Source of the DNA: an uncultured Bacteroidales bacterium
GTDB lineage: Bacteria; Bacteroidota; Bacteroidia; Bacteroidales; JAAYJT01
NCBI GenBank assembly: GCA_964419945.1
Contig: CAYQRU010000002.1
Span: forward strand, 23,054-87,053
Reading direction: 5' to 3'
DNA: 64,000 bases
The notes beneath the pieces were generated by a model. The model was not told where the DNA came from, made no database searches, and was given only the letters and a program-made list of their open reading frames with translations. Positions 59,531 through 64,000 of this stretch are shown here, in pieces. Numbering within the stretch: the stretch's first letter is position 1; the number at the start of each line of letters is the position of its first letter. A program made the translations under genes and the position numbers.

Positions 59531-59634
59531 GTAGATCGCGCAAAAAATAGGTATTTTTACTTATTGACTACGATATTTCGCATAGGTAATTTTGCCGAAA
59601 ATATTTCTATTTGCTTCATTTAACACTTACTATT

Positions 59635-62600
59635 ATGACTTACGGGCAAAAAGTCAAATTCTGTTTATTTTGTGCTGGTTTGCTGGCATGCTTTCAGGTG
59701 TTTTCACAAACCGGGCCTGGTGGAGTAGGGATAAAATCCGGACAAACAACGCTGATTTTGTGGCTTGATGCTGCTGAAGGGGTTAGTTTCGGCGCTGATA
59801 ATAAGGTAACCTCCTGGAACGATCTTTCGGGGTATGACAACCATGCTCTCGGGATTGCCCCTAATAACCAGCCTGTCCTGCAATCTGGTGCCATTTATGG
59901 CCTTCCTTCCGTCAAGTTTGATGGCATGAACGACCGGCTCCGTATCCCGGGTCGCGCTTCCCTTCAACCAAACAACATCACCATTCTGGCAGTTGTGAAA
60001 CGCACCGGTACAACAGGGTGGGGAGATATTATTTCAAGACCATATTCCACATCATGGAATAGTCCATATACTTCTTATACGCTTTGTGCCTGCAATGCAC
60101 ACCATATGGGGTACGATGGTAATTACCCTTTTTCACAGGTCGCTATTGGAAATGGTGTACAAGTAGTTAACTGGAATCCTCCTCATGGGATTATTCCCAA
60201 CAATCAGACATACATACATGCACTTGCCTACAATTACCATGGTCATGGAATGGGCTCATTCTTAAATAATGGTATCCGAGGGGATGATGATATTGCCATT
60301 ATCCCAGCCATTGGTAATCTTGATTACAATGGAAACACACTCGACGTTTCCATCGGCGCACGAAGCGAATATGTTTTAAATCCTGAGGGCGATCATTATC
60401 TCAAAGGTGATATAGCTGAGATCATCATGTATAATTACGACCTGAGCGAAGTGGAACATATAATCGTGGTAAACTATCTTGCCACAAAATACAATATTTC
60501 AATTGGCTGGGATCAGTACAACGAAGTTTCCGGCTTCACTACAAATCCGATAGGTCTGGGAAGAGAAGACAAACAGGAAGAGCAGCACCAGAATTCCTCG
60601 GGCGGTAATCTTACATTAAGTTGCACTAACTTCAACCAAAACACCAGCTATATTTTTGCTGCCCATAACAACGGGAAATTAAAGGGTCAGCCCATTAGCC
60701 AGCCATCAGGATATGATAACCGTTTGGAGCGTGTGTGGTATATGCAGTCGAAAGGAACAAAACCTGAAACCATCACTTTATCATTCACATTTCCAGTTAA
60801 TCCGTCAAGCAATCATTTACATTACGGACTACTGTATTCTTTTAATCAGGATTTTGGTAATCCAATACAGGTAAAGTCTGCCAGTTCGGTGAATGTTGCT
60901 CAAAAAACCATCACCTTTAATGTTCCGGGTACGAATTTTCCAGACGGTTTTTACACACTTGCGACAAAAGTAAACCACTGGTATGGGGAAAATACCAACT
61001 GGGATGATATTATCAACTGGGATGGCCATTTGCCCACATCTTTAATAGATGTGATAATTACCGGTTCATGTAATAATTATCCCTTTTTGACAAAAAATGC
61101 AGTATGCCGGTCAATGGAAATTCAGCAGGGAGGAGTGCTTAATATCGGTAATTATACGCTGGATATGTACGGAAATTTCATTGCCAGTGGAAATGATCTT
61201 ATTTCGGGAACAACCGGAACCTTATGTTTTAAAGGAACAACCACAAGCAATATTTGGGCAGGTTCCTTAGTCTTCAGAAATTTAATTTCGGAAAAAGCAG
61301 GAGGAGGAAGTCTTTATACATTTACCCCGGTTAGTATTGCGGGGAACTTTTCAATTGTCAGTGGAATGTATTGGGCGCAACAGGATCCTCAACTGACACT
61401 TGGAGGTAATCTTACCATAGCTGAAATTGCTACAACAATAACACCTGGACTAGAGATAACCTGCGATGGTGATGGAATTCAACTACTGGCAACCAATAAT
61501 TTCTCAATTTCAAAGCTTATCATTAATAATATTTTCTCTCAGGTTGATATTAGTAATTCCAATATTGATGTAACCAGTATAGAGATTCAAAGCGGAAAGC
61601 TTAAAGCGGGTGGAAACAGTTTGCAAAATATCACTTTATCGGCATCAGGAACACTCGAATTAACGGGTACGGTTTATATAAGAAGAAATATTGAGAATAA
61701 CGGGGGAACTCTTATTCACCATGAAATGAAAACAGTTTTCAACCATAATCTGAATCAATCACTTAAGTCAGGTGACTGGGTATTTTTTGATGTTGATATC
61801 AGTAAATCAGGTGGCAGCTTACAACTCTTTGATCAAATGAGCCTGGAAGGTAATCTGACAGTTACTTCAGGAGGGTTTAGTCACAACAATCAAAAAATTC
61901 TGTTTATAGGAGCATTAAATCAACAATTAAGCACTAATGGAATGGATCTGTATAATATAGAAATAGCAAAGACTACCGGTTATCTGGAAATGACGGATGA
62001 TGTGCTGATTACCAATGATCTGACTGTAACATCTGGTGCATTACATACTGGGTTGCATCAGCTTACGGTCAATGGAAGCATCAGCAATTTGGCAGGCGCC
62101 GGAGGATTAGTGATAAACAGTGATGAAAATGGTTCAGGGTCTCTGATACATTTCACTGCTAATGTTCCGGCAACAATAAACAGATATATTCAATCGGCAG
62201 ACTGGCAGGATGGCTCTGACGGGTGGCACCTACTGGCTACACCGGTTGAGGATCAGGGCATTACAGGAGACTGGATTCCATCGGGACATCAAAACGACTA
62301 TGACTTTTATGCATGGGACGAAAACATCGGTCTGTGGCGTAATCAAAAAGTTCCTGAAAATAATATTCTTAGATTTATACGTGGAAAGGGCTATCTGGTA
62401 GCCTACCAGCAAACTGGTATTAAATCATTTATAGATAAACTAAATACGGGATCCGTAAGTACGATCCTAAGTAATAGTAGCCTGGGAGATTATGCAGGTT
62501 GGAATCTTCTTGGTAATCCTTATCCATCAGCAATTGACTGGTATTTGGTAAACAAAGAATTATTCGAAGATGATTTTGCCTATATATATAATAGCGCCAA

Positions 62601-63429
62601 AGATGGCGGGGCAGGTTATGAAGCTATTGACGGAGGAATCGAAAATGCCTATATTCCATCAAACCAGGGCTTTTTTGTTCTTGCTAATCCGGAAGCTCAT
62701 AATGAAGAATTCTTTTTTTCGAATGATCATAGAGTCCATGGCGGTGAATTCATGAAAAGCACTTCTGATGCAGATTTCTTGAAATTGCGAATTGCGCATG
62801 GACAATATTATGATGAAACTTTAATCAGGCGTAAAAATAGCAGTTCGCAAAACAGAGACCGCTCTGACGCTATAAAACTATTCAGTTATAATACTGATAT
62901 TCCACAGATTTATACTGTCACCGATGATTTATTTAACCTGGCAATTAATTCTATCCCAACAATAACAGAGTCATTGATTATACCGGTTGCCATAAAAGTC
63001 TATACAAATAGCTTAATGACAATCACTTTAACAGGTATATCCGGAGCATTTCACGACCAGGGCATATTAATTCATGATTCAACCGCAAATATTTATCATA
63101 ATCTCGCACAAATCTCTGATTATCATTTCATGGCAAATATCAATGATGATAAACGCTTTTATTTGAAGTTCAATCCGCTGGGTGTTTCCGAATTATCGAA
63201 AATTAATCAAATACAAGCTTTTATAAGTAATAATATGCTTCAAATCCTGAATCTTGACAGTACTATTGAAAGTGTTGAAATATTAAATTTGCAAGGGCAA
63301 ACAATGTTTAGCAGCAAAATTGAAAATGAGTCTTTAAATATTCCATTTATGTTTTCATCAGGAGTTTATTTATTGCGGTTACGAACGAATGAATCAATTT
63401 TTACAAAGAAGATTATTAAACCGATCTGA
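59635..63429 (+). CDS. Giant secreted protein (~1265 aa) with a signal peptide, an N-terminal LamG/concanavalin-like domain, beta-helix-like repeats and a C-terminal tail resembling a T9SS type A sorting domain
   Basis: Signal MTYGQKVKFCLFCAGLLACFQVFSQ. The LamG-like segment is VTSWNDLSGYDNHALGIAPNNQPVLQSGAIYGLPSVKFDGMNDRLRIP. The C-terminal ~80 aa (VEILNLQGQTMFSSKIENESLNIPFMFSSGVYLLRLRTNESIFTKKIIK) has the Por_Secre_tail pattern. Confidence 0.75.
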   Translation: MTYGQKVKFCLFCAGLLACFQVFSQTGPGGVGIKSGQTTLILWLDAAEGVSFGADNKVTSWNDLSGYDNHALGIAPNNQPVLQSGAIYGLPSVKFDGMNDRLRIPGRASLQPNNITILAVVKRTGTTGWGDIISRPYSTSWNSPYTSYTLCACNAHHMGYDGNYPFSQVAIGNGVQVVNWNPPHGIIPNNQTYIHALAYNYHGHGMGSFLNNGIRGDDDIAIIPAIGNLDYNGNTLDVSIGARSEYVLNPEGDHYLKGDIAEIIMYNYDLSEVEHIIVVNYLATKYNISIGWDQYNEVSGFTTNPIGLGREDKQEEQHQNSSGGNLTLSCTNFNQNTSYIFAAHNNGKLKGQPISQPSGYDNRLERVWYMQSKGTKPETITLSFTFPVNPSSNHLHYGLLYSFNQDFGNPIQVKSASSVNVAQKTITFNVPGTNFPDGFYTLATKVNHWYGENTNWDDIINWDGHLPTSLIDVIITGSCNNYPFLTKNAVCRSMEIQQGGVLNIGNYTLDMYGNFIASGNDLISGTTGTLCFKGTTTSNIWAGSLVFRNLISEKAGGGSLYTFTPVSIAGNFSIVSGMYWAQQDPQLTLGGNLTIAEIATTITPGLEITCDGDGIQLLATNNFSISKLIINNIFSQVDISNSNIDVTSIEIQSGKLKAGGNSLQNITLSASGTLELTGTVYIRRNIENNGGTLIHHEMKTVFNHNLNQSLKSGDWVFFDVDISKSGGSLQLFDQMSLEGNLTVTSGGFSHNNQKILFIGALNQQLSTNGMDLYNIEIAKTTGYLEMTDDVLITNDLTVTSGALHTGLHQLTVNGSISNLAGAGGLVINSDENGSGSLIHFTANVPATINRYIQSADWQDGSDGWHLLATPVEDQGITGDWIPSGHQNDYDFYAWDENIGLWRNQKVPENNILRFIRGKGYLVAYQQTGIKSFIDKLNTGSVSTILSNSSLGDYAGWNLLGNPYPSAIDWYLVNKELFEDDFAYIYNSAKDGGAGYEAIDGGIENAYIPSNQGFFVLANPEAHNEEFFFSNDHRVHGGEFMKSTSDADFLKLRIAHGQYYDETLIRRKNSSSQNRDRSDAIKLFSYNTDIPQIYTVTDDLFNLAINSIPTITESLIIPVAIKVYTNSLMTITLTGISGAFHDQGILIHDSTANIYHNLAQISDYHFMANINDDKRFYLKFNPLGVSELSKINQIQAFISNNMLQILNLDSTIESVEILNLQGQTMFSSKIENESLNIPFMFSSGVYLLRLRTNESIFTKKIIKPI

Positions 63430-63882
63430 TCAGATATAGCCCAATTAGAGTCAATAATGATTGAAAAATGTCAATCCAGACTTAAGGAATGATCATAAAG
63501 TGTAGATTGTCAATATTATTGGTAGGAGAGATTAGTTATTATTATCCATTTCTTAGCCAGATTGTGTGAATTTGCAAAAGTGAAGAAGAAACTTACTGCT
63601 CTTTTATTCCTGTCGCTCGACAGCATGATGTTTCAGCATAAGAGATATTTTCCGAATCAGAACTAAAAGAAGCTGGGCTGAGATATTCCTTCACTTATTT
63701 AACCCGACTTGTGCTATTTCAGCGAAAAAATCGTCAAAATAGCCTTAGAATTGGCAATTTTCAAGCACTTTAAAATCATAATACGCTGATTATCAGCACA
63801 TATATTTTTGATAATCACTCCGTAGTCCCAGAAAAATGAGCTGATTCTTGTTTGGCAACATTATATTCTTTACTTTTGCCGC

Positions 63883-64000
63883 ATGTTTCTAAAAGCTGCT
63901 GATAAAAAAGATAAAAACACCGGGAAAATCTACCGGTACTATAAACTTTGCGAAAGCTATCGTTTAGGCAATAGCATCCGCCACCATACACTACTCACTT
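63883..64000 (+). mobile_element. 5' end of a possible IS1634-like (IS4 superfamily) transposase gene running off the window
   Basis: Translation MFLKAADKKDKNTGKIYRYYKLCESYRLGNSIRHHTLL resembles the conserved N-terminus of IS1634-family transposases (GK.Y.Y..L.ESYR..GK.R.). A -7-like TActTTTG element sits at 63871-63878. Only 39 codons are visible. Confidence 0.35.

Noticed and set aside
59501-59634. Possible invertible (phase-variable) promoter upstream of the giant secreted protein
   Set aside because: Only one central palindrome is present. No pair of inverted repeats flanks a promoter-sized segment, and no recombinase gene is adjacent.

Overview
This 64 kb window looks like chromosomal DNA from a Bacteroidota genome, with about 41-43% GC. 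The assignment rests on Bacteroidota-style promoter elements (-33 TTTG, -7 TAnnTTTG), tRNAs that do not encode CCA, and a protein ending in what looks like a type IX secretion (T9SS) C-terminal tail. Most of the window is densely packed housekeeping genes. Recognisable ones include rsmA, serS, rplU-rpmA, mtnA, thpR, a Sir2 deacylase, recX, prfB with its classic programmed +1 frameshift, cvpA, an MlaFE-like ABC pair, manC, 3-oxoacid CoA-transferase A/B, tpx, mazG, proS, nif3 with its zinc-ribbon partner, lpxK, a purine nucleoside phosphorylase, lpxH, the ptb-buk butyrate pair, and three tRNAs (Leu-TAA, Gly-GCC, Ala-GGC).

Interleaved are several secreted or outer-membrane proteins: a partial gene for a large secreted protein at the left edge, an FG-GAP protein with a C-terminal dockerin-like module, a 1099-aa outer-membrane protein with a PD40 beta-propeller, an M14 and an M64 peptidase, and a 1265-aa LamG/beta-helix protein that looks like a T9SS cargo.

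The most unusual locus is at 34.8-38.3 kb. A lipoprotein carries a domain extremely rich in Tyr/Trp/Gly/Asn, followed by a disordered Arg/Thr/Gln/Pro region containing six 42-bp tandem repeats and a Ser/Gly tail. It is co-oriented with, and immediately followed by, a FadL/OmpP1-family outer-membrane beta-barrel. This is a candidate undescribed surface or export cassette.

A second notable region at 51.6-63.4 kb is a signalling island. It holds a TPR-sensor class III nucleotidyl cyclase, a DUF1684 protein, an NfeD-flotillin pair, a paralogous TPR-sensor histidine kinase, a NarL/LuxR-type response regulator, a 7-2-7 palindromic operator-like site, and then the giant candidate T9SS adhesin.

The window ends with what appears to be the first 39 codons of an IS1634-like transposase. 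No CRISPR array, rRNA gene or recognisable defence system was seen.
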